From Verrucomicrobiota bacterium (GTDB lineage Bacteria; Verrucomicrobiota; Verrucomicrobiia; Limisphaerales; AAA164-E04), in contig CP170459.1 of assembly GCA_047947115.1 (NCBI GenBank), positions 2,304,001 through 2,368,000 on the forward strand: a DNA stretch of 64,000 nucleotides. The letters are read 5' to 3'. The notes below the pieces were generated by a model. The model did no database searches, was not told the origin of the DNA, and was given only the letters and a program-made list of their open reading frames with translations. The translations under genes and the position numbers were made by a program. Below, one piece after another: positions 40,216-49,834 of this stretch (positions are counted from its first letter, which is position 1; each line of letters opens with the position of its first letter).

Positions 40216-42202
40216 TGAGATCATAGATCATAAGGTGATTTTGATGATTGAAAAAGGCGACGAATTGACCATTTGGGGAAATGCGATGGTTAAACCGAGC
40301 GTCGGCAGGAAGCGCGAGTTCTTGATTTCCTTGACGATCGACCCAATAAAGTTCCGCCATGACGGGATCGGTTTTACTGAGATAAACAAGCGTGCCATTT
40401 GATACATCAAAGCGTGTCATGTCTGGCCATTTCTCGTCGATCTGATCGATTAAAATGCTTCGGTTTCCATTGGGTTGTAGCGATGCTATATCAAATCCGA
40501 CTCCATAGAGTTTCGTTCCCTGGATGTCACTTTCCGCATAAACCAATTGACCTCCAGTAAGATAATAAGGGTGGTGCCCTCTTATCGGGCGGCCGTCAAT
40601 GCGCAGGGGTTGAGCTGTGCCACTTGGAATTCTCTGACTTTTAAGTTGACTGACAGGTCCGCCAGTTCGACCAGAGGAGAAAAGCAATGCCTTTCCCCCT
40701 GGTAAAAAGTAAGGCCATCGATGAGCGCGATCTCCGTTTTCTAATGTGGTCAATTCGATAGAATTTCCAGCTTGAACGGCTGAGATCCCCTTGATGCAAC
40801 CGGAGGCCTGGCCGATGGCTATCCATTCACCTTCACCCCAGCTCATGCCAAAAACGGGTTCTTTCGCCTGGTTCAAAGCGACCGCTGGTCCACCATCTAC
40901 ACGTGCTTTTTTGATTTGATAATCGGTTCGGTCGCGAAAGGCGATCCATTCTCCTGTCGGATCGAAACAGAAATCACTGCAATTTTTAACGGAAGTAAGC
41001 GCTTTTGGCTCCAGCATGGATGGAGCTTTAATGAAAAGCTGATTTGAATTGTCATGGGCCGTTGTCACCAGGAATGCCAAGGTAGCGCCGTCTGGAGAAA
41101 GTCGAAATGAGGTTGTTGCTCCTACCGTATCCAATTCAAGATTGTTTTCGAGACCCAATGACATTTCGAATTTCCGAATAGGTTCCAAATCAGGCCCGTA
41201 TGCAGGTTTGAGGATCCATCCTAGAATCGCCGTCACGATGCACAAGATTGTGGCAATACTGAATATCAATAACCATTGAGCGGAAGATGTAGTTGGGCGA
41301 GGGGAGTAAGCTTCATCGTTTTGAAGACCGAACAATTTTAAGGGCGTGGTCAGTGTGTCCTCCAGATCAATGCGAGCTGCCGCAATGTCGGGAGTTCGGC
41401 GTTTCAGATCCTTGGTTAAGCATTTGTCTAAAAGTCGCCGTATTGATGGGGGAACACCTTCAGGGAGCTGATTCCAGTCGGGTTCGCCTCGAATAATGGC
41501 GGCCAATGTATCGTTTACGTCGTCTCCCTTGAAAGCTCGTTTGCCGCTTAAATATTCAAATAACACGCATCCAAAAGCCCAGATATCTGTGCGTTTATCC
41601 ACCTGCTTTCCTCGGGCTTGTTCTGGCGACATATATGCAGCCGTGCCTAGGATGGTTCCAGGTTGTGTAAACGCATCGGTGATGGTCGGTGAATTTTCGT
41701 CGTTGGTTGACGTGAGTGAGTCCACTTCATCAGTCATCCCCTTGGCCAAACCAAAATCCAGGACCTTCACCTTGCCATTTTCTGTGATCTTGATATTGCC
41801 TGGCTTGAGGTCGCGATGGATGATGCCCTTTTCGTGAGCAGCTTCGAGTGCCTCGGCGATTTGCTTGCAGATTTCCAAGGTTTCTTCGACGGGGAGGGGG
41901 CCTCGCTTCAACCGTTCGGATAAATCTTCACCTTCGACCAATTCAAGCACGAGAGCCTGCGATTGACCAGATTTCTCCAACCCGTAAATGCCGGCAATAT
42001 TCGGATGGTTCAAGGTTGCCAGCGTCTTGGCTTCCCGTTCGAATCGAGCCAAGCGTTCCTTGTTCTCAGCAAAGCTCTGCGGCAACACTTTAATGGCCAC
42101 TTCGCGGTCGAGCTTGGTGTCGGTTGCTCGATACACCTCACCCATCCCGCCTTGTCCCAGCTTGGCGGTGATCTTGTAATGAGCGATGGTGGTTCCGATC
42201 AC
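40181..42202 (-). CDS. Hanks-type Ser/Thr kinase with TM helix and PD40/TolB-like propeller, apparently C-terminally truncated
   Basis: LGQGGMGEVY, VAIK, HRDLKPGN, DFG, GTAAYMSPEQ, TM segment, SPDG/SPNG repeats; ends mid-repeat. Confidence 0.9.
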   Translation of the reverse strand: MIGTTIAHYKITAKLGQGGMGEVYRATDTKLDREVAIKVLPQSFAENKERLARFEREAKTLATLNHPNIAGIYGLEKSGQSQALVLELVEGEDLSERLKRGPLPVEETLEICKQIAEALEAAHEKGIIHRDLKPGNIKITENGKVKVLDFGLAKGMTDEVDSLTSTNDENSPTITDAFTQPGTILGTAAYMSPEQARGKQVDKRTDIWAFGCVLFEYLSGKRAFKGDDVNDTLAAIIRGEPDWNQLPEGVPPSIRRLLDKCLTKDLKRRTPDIAAARIDLEDTLTTPLKLFGLQNDEAYSPRPTTSSAQWLLIFSIATILCIVTAILGWILKPAYGPDLEPIRKFEMSLGLENNLELDTVGATTSFRLSPDGATLAFLVTTAHDNSNQLFIKAPSMLEPKALTSVKNCSDFCFDPTGEWIAFRDRTDYQIKKARVDGGPAVALNQAKEPVFGMSWGEGEWIAIGQASGCIKGISAVQAGNSIELTTLENGDRAHRWPYFLPGGKALLFSSGRTGGPVSQLKSQRIPSGTAQPLRIDGRPIRGHHPYYLTGGQLVYAESDIQGTKLYGVGFDIASLQPNGNRSILIDQIDEKWPDMTRFDVSNGTLVYLSKTDPVMAELYWVDRQGNQELALPADARFNHRISPNGQFVAFFNHQNHLMIYDLKSFVVKNPLFQ

Positions 42203-42363
42203 GCGGAAACCTTAATGCTTGAGCTGGAACCGTCGAGGAAAATGAAATTCAAACTGTCAGCAAAAGTGTTGGGGAATGGCAGTGGCGGATAGCGACGGGA
42301 TAGTAACCGAAAAAGTGTTTTGGGTGCTTTTAATGGTACATTGCACTTCCTGGTGCGTTTGGA

Positions 42364-42817
42364 CGTCGATGGGGGGCGCAGTTCAAATATTAGAGCTCCA
42401 TTTTCGAGGAGTAAGCTCCGTCTTACACCCATTTCAAACCTCAGTGCTTTGGAATCCTTTTCAAGCTGCAATGGAAACGCCACAGCCATTCGATGAACGA
42501 TAGTCTCCCCGCGTTCCATTCATTTTGCTCAGAAACGTTTTCAAGGGGAAAGTTTGGGGGCTCGATTTGTCGGGAGAACTCTCCACTTCATTTTTTGGAA
42601 AATGGAGGGACCGGTTCCACCCGGTTCCCAAATGTTTGCCTAAAAACATTCCTAATCAAATGAGCCGGAACGCGGGAAACTAATGGTGTTCGATAGTTTG
42701 TGGAGTATCCCTCGCAACCGTATGAGCATGCGAATGCCTTGAGGATAGAAGTGGGCGCAAAGCGGAATTTGCCCCTCCGAAAATGGAGCTCCAATTTTTG
42801 AACTTCGTCCATCGATG
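42364..42817. repeat. ~450-bp imperfect palindrome between divergent genes
   Basis: Arms align in inverted orientation along their length (e.g. GTTCAAATATTAGAGCTCCATTTTCG vs CGAAAATGGAGCTCCAATTTTTGAAC; CCCGCGTTCC vs GGAACGCGGG). Confidence 0.8.
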
Positions 42818-42885
42818 AGGAATCGCATGATCTTTTCTTCTCAATGCCCGGATAATGGTCTAAGCTTTTCATGTTTCCCATACTC

Positions 42886-43752
42886 ATGAAAATAAAATTC
42901 ACATATCAGCGCTGTCTGTTGGCGGTCATGCTTGGTTGGATGACCTTTTCTGTTTGCCGGGCTGAAGTGCCTGCTAAAATTTTCTTATGGCCCAATGGGG
43001 CTCCTGGATCTGAAGCACGAAAGAACGAACCCGAAAAATCCGAGGGTAGCAATGTGTTCAACGTACACAACCCTTCCATCACTCCATACCTTCCAGGAAA
43101 AGGTAAAGCCACTGGAACCGCCGTGATCATTGCTCCGGGTGGTGGGCATCGAGTGTTATGTCTGGGACATGAAGGAGATGCATTGGGTCAGTGGTTTGCA
43201 GATCACGGGATTGCCGCTTTTGTAATGCGGTATCGATTGTGTCGGGAAGCAGGTTCCTCTTATACACTCAAAGGACATGCCATGGATGATACGCGTCGCG
43301 CCATCCGCACGGTGCGTCACCGCGCCAAGGAATGGGGGATTGATCCGGGTAAGGTTGGTATTTTGGGATTCTCCGCCGGTGGAGAATTGGCGGCTTATGC
43401 TGCGATGGATTCGGATCAGGGAAATCCCCAGGCGTCTGACCCGATTGAACGCATGGGAAGTCGTCCGGATTTTCAGGCACTGATTTATCCAGGTAAATCG
43501 GATACCTTCACCGTACGAGCAGGAATGCCCCCGGTGTTTATTGCTTACGGATATAAAGATCGCCCCGATATCTCGATTGGTATAGCCAAGGTCTATCTGA
43601 TGTATAAAGAAGCAGGGGTGCCCGCCGAAATGCATGTGTATTCCAATGCGGGACATGGTTTTGGATATCGCCCCGGTACGACATCCGCCGCGGGCGATTG
43701 GCCCAAGCGTTTCCGTGAATGGCTGGTGGATAGCCAGTTGTTGAGTGAATAA
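42886..43752 (+). CDS. Secreted alpha/beta hydrolase (carbohydrate esterase-like)
   Basis: Signal peptide, PGGG oxyanion motif, GFSAGG nucleophile elbow, GHGFG. Confidence 0.88.
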   Translation: MKIKFTYQRCLLAVMLGWMTFSVCRAEVPAKIFLWPNGAPGSEARKNEPEKSEGSNVFNVHNPSITPYLPGKGKATGTAVIIAPGGGHRVLCLGHEGDALGQWFADHGIAAFVMRYRLCREAGSSYTLKGHAMDDTRRAIRTVRHRAKEWGIDPGKVGILGFSAGGELAAYAAMDSDQGNPQASDPIERMGSRPDFQALIYPGKSDTFTVRAGMPPVFIAYGYKDRPDISIGIAKVYLMYKEAGVPAEMHVYSNAGHGFGYRPGTTSAAGDWPKRFREWLVDSQLLSE

Positions 43753-43811
43753 ACCTTATTGAGAAATCCAGTGACTGAGTTGAACAAGAACTGATCCAGA
43801 AAGTAACCCTG

Positions 43812-45455
43812 ATGTCAAAAATCTCACCTTTCGTAGGATGGCGGCCTTTGACCGGTTGGCCATTACTGTTGTTTGGACTAATTATTGCAATTTCAACGCA
43901 GGCCGCTCAGCGACCGAATTTCCTGGTGATCATTGCCGACGACATGGGATTTTCCGATGCGGGATGTTATGGAGGCGAAATTGAAACACCCAACCTGAAC
44001 CAACTTGCCGAGGGGGGATTGCGATTCACACAATTCTACAATACAGCCCGGTGTTGGCCTACGCGTTCAGCCTTGATGACGGGGTATTATCCGCAGCAAA
44101 TTCGACGTGATTCCATGCCGGAAGCCCCGGGGGATTTTGGGGGTGGTGGGAAACGCCCCAAATGGGCCAAAACAATCGCTGAGTACCTTAAACCTGCCGG
44201 ATATCGAACGTACCATTCAGGTAAATGGCATATCGATGGAAATCCAACGGATCATGGATTTGATCTTTCGAATCCGACGAGTCGTGGCCCCGGTTTTTTC
44301 GAAACGATCAAAAAGAAAGATCGTGATCCCGATTATTACCAGACGACTCACACCGCCCAGCATGCGATTGATTGTTTGAAAGAGCACGCGTCCAAATATG
44401 CGGACAAACCTTTTTTTCACTACCTTGCCTTTCACGCCCCTCACTTTCCTCTCCATGCACTTCCGGAGGATATTGATCGGTATCGCGATCGATACCTTCA
44501 AGGTTGGGATGCCTTGAGAAAGGAAAGACGTGAACGTCAGAGCGAAATCGGCTTGAACGTGGCGCAGCTTTCCCCTCTTGAGAAAAATGTGGGACCTCCC
44601 TATGCCTTTCCAGATCAACTCAAGATATTGGGTCCGGGAGAAATCAATCGCCCCTTGCCTTGGGAAGAATTGACCGATGTCCAAAAAAGATTTCAGGCAA
44701 CCAAGATGGCCATTCATGCCGCGATGGTTGATCGGATGGATCAGGAAATAGGTCGTGTGCTGGATCAACTGCGTTCCATGAAAGCACTGGAAAACACGTT
44801 TATTTGTTTTCTTTCCGATAATGGTGCCAGCGCTGAGATTATGGTAAGAGGAGATGGTCATGATCCACTGGCCACACCCGGTTCGGCTGAGACGTACCTT
44901 TGTCTTGGTCCCGGATTTTCCAGTGCCGCAAATACGCCCTTTCGACGCCATAAAACCTGGGTGCATGAGGGGGGGATTTCCACGCCATTCATTGTTCACT
45001 GGCCCAAAGGCATTGAGGCGAAAAATGAATTTCGTTCATCCATCGCTCATGTGATTGATATTGCTCCCACGGTATTGGATCTCGCCGGAGTGCAACAAAA
45101 CAAGGGGTTACATCCTGAGATGAGCGGGACAAGTCTGGTACCTGCTTTCAGCAATAAGCGTAAAATTTTGCATGATACACTCTGGTTCTACCATGAAGGG
45201 AATCGTGCATTGAGACAGGGAGATTGGAAAATTATTGATTCAAATGTGACCCGGCCTTTTCCATGGAAGGGATCGGATAAAGCAACTTCCGAAACATTGG
45301 ATACAGCTCAGTGGTCCTTATACAATCTGATCAATGATCGTGCCGAGCAACATGATTTGGCGAAAGCCTACCCGGAAAGAGTTCAAATTTTGGCTACTCA
45401 ATGGAAAGAAATGGGTGAGAAGTTCTTGAAGGATGCAGATCAAGATCCTCGCTGA
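43812..45455 (+). CDS. Arylsulfatase (formylglycine-dependent)
   Basis: RPNFLVIIADDMG, CWPTR (CxPxR), GKWH, SDNG. Confidence 0.95.
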   Translation: MSKISPFVGWRPLTGWPLLLFGLIIAISTQAAQRPNFLVIIADDMGFSDAGCYGGEIETPNLNQLAEGGLRFTQFYNTARCWPTRSALMTGYYPQQIRRDSMPEAPGDFGGGGKRPKWAKTIAEYLKPAGYRTYHSGKWHIDGNPTDHGFDLSNPTSRGPGFFETIKKKDRDPDYYQTTHTAQHAIDCLKEHASKYADKPFFHYLAFHAPHFPLHALPEDIDRYRDRYLQGWDALRKERRERQSEIGLNVAQLSPLEKNVGPPYAFPDQLKILGPGEINRPLPWEELTDVQKRFQATKMAIHAAMVDRMDQEIGRVLDQLRSMKALENTFICFLSDNGASAEIMVRGDGHDPLATPGSAETYLCLGPGFSSAANTPFRRHKTWVHEGGISTPFIVHWPKGIEAKNEFRSSIAHVIDIAPTVLDLAGVQQNKGLHPEMSGTSLVPAFSNKRKILHDTLWFYHEGNRALRQGDWKIIDSNVTRPFPWKGSDKATSETLDTAQWSLYNLINDRAEQHDLAKAYPERVQILATQWKEMGEKFLKDADQDPR

Positions 45456-45506
45456 ATCTATTTGTTCTTCGACGTCATGAAAACTCCCTTTGTGAAAGGG
45501 CGTCCA

Positions 45507-46172
45507 TTATCCCTCTCCTTGTTTTTCATATAAGCTGAGCATTTTTTGGGTGTGCTGAAGGCGGTGTTGCAGTGGACCGTCGGCGTTTTGTTCGTAACGG
45601 GTCATGACTTCGTTTATTTGAGGGACTAGTGAAGGGGATACCAGTTTCCTGGCGAGCAACATGCCAAATGCCAGCGCTACACGGTATTTGACATGATGCT
45701 CTTTGATTCGGTTCGCCACCCGTAATAGACGTTCAGCATCTTCTGGTTCGGGTTTTGTTCGAACGGTAGAGGCCAGTGCCAGCATGATGGCTTCGTTGTG
45801 TTCTTCCGCGAGCAGGTCACGTGATAGTTTTTTTTGGATGACCAAATCCGCCATGTCACGTGCGATCGCGTCTTTCGTTCGAACATTCTCCACCTGATTT
45901 GGGAGATTCAGGTTTGAATAGACTTCGGCTAGTCTGATCAGTTCAGGATCTAATCCTCGGGCTTCCGGTTGAGTTGGGGCGTTCTGAGTGTCGTGTTCGC
46001 TGTTTTCTAATGGTTCATTCGTAAGGGGAGGGCGATTGCTGGCGGTCAGGGAGGATATGCCTTTCACTATTTGTTTTCGGAAAATCAAACACAAGAACAT
46101 GATAATGGCAGGCCAGATGATATCTCCTGTCACGATGCCTGCTTGTTCGATTTTCTTTGTGAATGGTTCCAT
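45507..46172 (-). CDS. Hypothetical protein with an N-terminal TM helix
   Basis: 221-aa ORF; IIWPAIIMFLCLIFRKQI TM segment, helical C-terminus. Confidence 0.65.
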   Translation of the reverse strand: MEPFTKKIEQAGIVTGDIIWPAIIMFLCLIFRKQIVKGISSLTASNRPPLTNEPLENSEHDTQNAPTQPEARGLDPELIRLAEVYSNLNLPNQVENVRTKDAIARDMADLVIQKKLSRDLLAEEHNEAIMLALASTVRTKPEPEDAERLLRVANRIKEHHVKYRVALAFGMLLARKLVSPSLVPQINEVMTRYEQNADGPLQHRLQHTQKMLSLYEKQGEG

Positions 46173-46237
46173 GTCCTCACATTGTGGTGCTGTATCTCCG
46201 GGATTTCAATGAGAAGTCTTCTTGAGGGGGGGAGTGG

Positions 46238-46301
46238 CCACGTTTTTGCAAACGCGGCTACTGGGGGGAAGGGTTGGCCACGTTTTTGTAGACGTGGCTA
46301 C
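46238..46301 (-). repeat. Two GTAG-REP (type B) copies
   Basis: CCACGTTTTTGCAAACGCGGCTAC (46238) and CCACGTTTTTGTAGACGTGGCTAC (46278). Confidence 0.88.
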
Positions 46302-46487
46302 TGGGGGGGGCATGGCGTTTTACGTGGAAGTTGGATCCAATTTATGGATGCGGGATGTTTGGTTGTTATGGAGTCAGCGGTTGGACATTGGAGTTGCAAA
46401 TTTGAACGATCCTATGCAGTTTGAATTGTGGTGTGGGACGTATGAACTGATTGAGAATGATTTCAAGGATATGGGATCTTGGTGGCC

Positions 46488-46925
46488 ATGAACTATTTTG
46501 TGTTTTGCCTTTGCTTGTTGTTTTTGTTGTGCCCCGGGTTGGATGGAGAGGAATCAGGCGGTTTTGCCCTCACCATTCAGGTTTACGGAGCTGAATCCTC
46601 GGCGGGCCATATCCACCTCTATATTTTTACCAGTAAAACGGATTACTTAAAGGTGCCGATGAAGGGCAAACATTTGTCGGTTGATGAAGAGGGCGGGGCG
46701 GTATTCAATTTCAAGTTATCTGAGGGGAAGTATTCCATTTGTGCTTTTCATGACAAGAACGGGAACGGAAAACTGGATAAAGGTTTTTTGGGCATTCCCA
46801 CCGAGTTGTTTGCTTTTTCCAATCAGGCCAAAGGCTTGTTTGGGCCACCTTCTTATCAATCGACTTTATTTGAGTTAAACAAGGATACCACGCTGAAACT
46901 CAGACTTGGGAAAGCCAAAGACTAG
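46488..46925 (+). CDS. DUF2141-family exported protein
   Basis: G.YSICAFHDKNGNGKLDKGFLGIPTE.FAFSN...FGPPSY signature. Confidence 0.85.
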   Translation: MNYFVFCLCLLFLLCPGLDGEESGGFALTIQVYGAESSAGHIHLYIFTSKTDYLKVPMKGKHLSVDEEGGAVFNFKLSEGKYSICAFHDKNGNGKLDKGFLGIPTELFAFSNQAKGLFGPPSYQSTLFELNKDTTLKLRLGKAKD

Positions 46926-47118
46926 AGCTGATCCTGTGGGTTTCAAGATCGATGCATGTCTTATACTGATTGCCAAACGTATGTGCGCATAACGGCTCGC
47001 TGTTGCTTATTATTCTCACGCCCGCTGCGCTAGGGACGCAGTGGCGCAGAGTTTTTTTCTGAAATTACTTTTGGCAAACGTTATTATCAGGAGCAAGCTC
47101 ATTCATACCTGGAGTCAT

Positions 47119-48048
47119 TCAGATGTTTGAAGGGTATGCGTTTTTCAGGTCTGCAATGAGTTTGGTTACGGCTTTTTCTTTTGCCTTGGCTTCCACTTCC
47201 ACAGTCAATTGGCAGCCTGTCCATGATTGAGGGAAATCCTTCACCGCAATGTAGTCATGATGTCTGTGAGGTTTGGGGCCGTTCCAACCTTCCAGGGGGC
47301 TGGAAATATGAAAGAGGGGTTCCGATGTCCAGGAGTCCATCGCTTTTTCGGTTGCTTCGGCGATTGATAGCTTATCGGGAAGGCATCGGTGATGGTGTAC
47401 GTCGTAGACCAACGGCACATTTAAATCATGGCACACGGGGAGCAGGTCTGACGGAGTGTACACCTTGTCGTCGTTTTCCAATGTCAGTCGAGAGCGCACA
47501 GGCTCTGGAAGGGTTGAAATGTTCCTGCGTAGATCAAGCAGTGCGGATGCCTTGTTCCCGTACGCGCCTCCTCCGTGGATGTTGATGGTATCTGCTCCCA
47601 CCCATGCCGCGACTTCCGCCTGATAGTTCAGTTCGGCTTTCGAGTGTTCGAGTGTTTTCGGGTTGGGGGAGTTGAGCACGACGAATTGATCAGGATGAAA
47701 TGAAAGTCGAATCTGTCTGGATCGGGCGAATGTGCCACATTCCCGGAAACGGGAAATGATTTCGCTGCTGCCGGGGAGCTCGCTGATGTCATAGCCCGCT
47801 TCGGAGTGTGTTTTCACCGGCAGGATCTGGCTGTTGATACGGAAAGCTCCGATTCCATGTTGCTCACAGTATTCCAGTGAACGCATCAGCGCGTCTGAGT
47901 TTCCCCGGCAAAGTGCAGAAAGTTTTTCCAACCGTTGTTGCCTTGTAAGCCGCAGCATTGCTGTAACGGTAGTGGTTCTGAACTTTATGGGTTCAGCAGA
48001 AAATTGGCAACAAAGGCCGAATCGGAGCCGAGCCAGCGGTCCCTTCAT
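47119..48048 (-). CDS. uvsE: UV DNA damage repair endonuclease
   Basis: RLSFHPDQFVVLNS, NIHGGG, LENDD, YDVHHH, HISSP, HHDY, EAKAKE. Confidence 0.93.
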   Translation of the reverse strand: MKGPLARLRFGLCCQFSAEPIKFRTTTVTAMLRLTRQQRLEKLSALCRGNSDALMRSLEYCEQHGIGAFRINSQILPVKTHSEAGYDISELPGSSEIISRFRECGTFARSRQIRLSFHPDQFVVLNSPNPKTLEHSKAELNYQAEVAAWVGADTINIHGGGAYGNKASALLDLRRNISTLPEPVRSRLTLENDDKVYTPSDLLPVCHDLNVPLVYDVHHHRCLPDKLSIAEATEKAMDSWTSEPLFHISSPLEGWNGPKPHRHHDYIAVKDFPQSWTGCQLTVEVEAKAKEKAVTKLIADLKNAYPSNI

Positions 48049-48539
48049 GGATTCAGTCTCCACAGAGTAAAGTTTAGTATGGACGCGAAAGTCACCCATG
48101 CGAGGTATGGGATGAGCAAAACTGCTGCCGTGCGGCTCACCGGGTAGAAGGCCCTTATGGTGCCAGCAATGGCAGCCCAGAGCAGCAGGATCTCAGCGAA
48201 AGCCATGTCAGGTCGATGCGCTCCGAAAAACAGGGGAGACCACGCCGCGTTGAGCGCGAGTTGAATGACGAACCAGGTGAGAGGTTTGCGTTGGTGCTGA
48301 TATCCACCCTGGTGCCACACCATCCATGCCGCCACCGCCATCATGGTATAAAGAGCGCTCCAGACGGGGCCAAAGACCCACCCGGGTGGATTCCATGAGG
48401 GTTTATTCAATGAATCGTACCAGGCGCCTGGCATGAAAAACGCGCCAAGGGCGGCGGCACTGAAACTTGCAATCAGCCATAGAAGCAAGCCAAGCCATCG
48501 TTTCGGCCCATGAATGTCTTGAACCGCGGTTTCGCTCAT
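48045..48539 (-). CDS. tspO: TspO/MBR tryptophan-rich sensory protein
   Basis: WYDSLNKPSWNPPGWVFGPVW, LNAAWSPLFF, PYLAWVTFA. Confidence 0.95.
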   Translation of the reverse strand: MSETAVQDIHGPKRWLGLLLWLIASFSAAALGAFFMPGAWYDSLNKPSWNPPGWVFGPVWSALYTMMAVAAWMVWHQGGYQHQRKPLTWFVIQLALNAAWSPLFFGAHRPDMAFAEILLLWAAIAGTIRAFYPVSRTAAVLLIPYLAWVTFASILNFTLWRLNP

Positions 48540-48991
48540 TCCTTTGCTCCAAATTTTTCCTTCAGAGATTGTTGTCGGAATGCGAAAATTTTCTCGATAT
48601 CCCTGCGGACAAAAAGAGGGTGGGCGATGAAATCGAATGGCACGGCATAGCGAACGACATCGCGGGCAAGGGTGCCTCCGTCTTGTGCTTCAAAGGTGTG
48701 TTCGTGAATCCACTGGCGATACGGGCCGCGGAGTTGTTCGTCCACAAAACGATGAGGAGGTTCCCAATCCCGAATCAAGGTACGCCAGTGCAGTGGGAGA
48801 CCCCGGACTTTCAGTTTGTAATCAATCAATGCTCCGGTCTTGATCTCGATTGGTTTCGGCGTCACTATGTTAAAATGCAGCCAGGGCGGGGTGATGGCGT
48901 CCAGATTGGCCGCATCCGCGAAAAAGGGGAATAGTTCCTCCGGCTTCAACGGCAGCCAGATTTCGCATTCAAAGTGTCTTTCTTTCATCAA
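48536..48991 (-). CDS. SRPBCC-family protein
   Basis: FFADAANLDAITPP, FVDEQLRGPYRQWIHEHTF, IFAFR. Confidence 0.88.
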   Translation of the reverse strand: MMKERHFECEIWLPLKPEELFPFFADAANLDAITPPWLHFNIVTPKPIEIKTGALIDYKLKVRGLPLHWRTLIRDWEPPHRFVDEQLRGPYRQWIHEHTFEAQDGGTLARDVVRYAVPFDFIAHPLFVRRDIEKIFAFRQQSLKEKFGAKE

Positions 48992-49080
48992 GGTTTTAGC
49001 GTTCCACGGTCAGTTGATTCAGGTTCATCGTGGAGAATGAACAACTGTAACCTACCCTTGATACTTTCCGGAGCAACTGG

Positions 49081-49437
49081 TTATTTCAAGGATCCTTTGG
49101 TCAGAGCTTCCTGTTCTCTCCGAAGGCCTGGTTCGATCAAAAAGGGGCCAAAAGGAATGATGGCTGCGACAAAGATTTTGGCAGACCAACCCATGGGGCG
49201 CTGCAATGTGAGTGTCGCTCGAACCAGTGCGACGACGTAAAGGATGAACAGCACGCCATGCGCCATTCCCACAATGCTTACGGCCTCGGGTTTGTTCGCC
49301 ATGTATTTCATTGGCATGGCCACGAAGAATAGCAGGAGGCTTGATATGCCCTCAATGATTCCTGTGTGACGAAGCCACTTAATCGCGTTAATGGATTCCA
49401 TGCCAGTGAAACTGAACGTTCTTCCATTGGTTTTCAA
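49081..49437 (-). CDS. DUF3817-family small membrane protein
   Basis: EGISSLLLFFVAMPMKY, GMAHGVLF, PFGPF; start may be ATG ~49401. Confidence 0.8.
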   Translation of the reverse strand: MKTNGRTFSFTGMESINAIKWLRHTGIIEGISSLLLFFVAMPMKYMANKPEAVSIVGMAHGVLFILYVVALVRATLTLQRPMGWSAKIFVAAIIPFGPFLIEPGLRREQEALTKGSLK

Positions 49438-49834
49438 GTGTTGTGTCCCGGCGTTCTTCAGAATGGGTAGCCGACTTCCCTGGCGGGGGCGCCGCCGTTG
49501 AGCGGGATGGTTGTGTCCTTATCCATTGTTTTGGCTGAAGTTTGCTATACAAAGCTGCGAAAGTTGGGTAGTAGTCTGAGGGTCATCCATAAAAAATTAG
49601 ATTCATTCATATGAGAACTCATATCATTCGTCGTTGTGTTCCGGTATTGGCTGTTTGTGCCGTGTTGCTGAAGGGGGCTTTTTCCATGCAGGCTGAACCT
49701 TGGGTTGTTTACGAAGGGGATTCCGGGCCGGGGAAGGGGAAGCATATTCTGTTTATTGCTTCGGATCATGAATATCGCGGTGAGGAATCCTGTCCGGCGA
49801 TTGCCCGAATTCTTGCCAAACGTTATGGTTTCAA

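Noticed and set aside
40031..40402. Intact 123-aa gene
   Set aside because: The second half is antisense to the genuine kinase repeat, and the upstream frame has stops; treated as a fragment.
42199..42902. Small ORFs in the kinase-hydrolase intergenic region
   Set aside because: Their mutual similarity comes from the inverted repeat; no independent coding evidence.
49000..49560. CarH/LitR-type operator upstream of the light-stress genes
   Set aside because: I could not find regularly spaced direct repeats.
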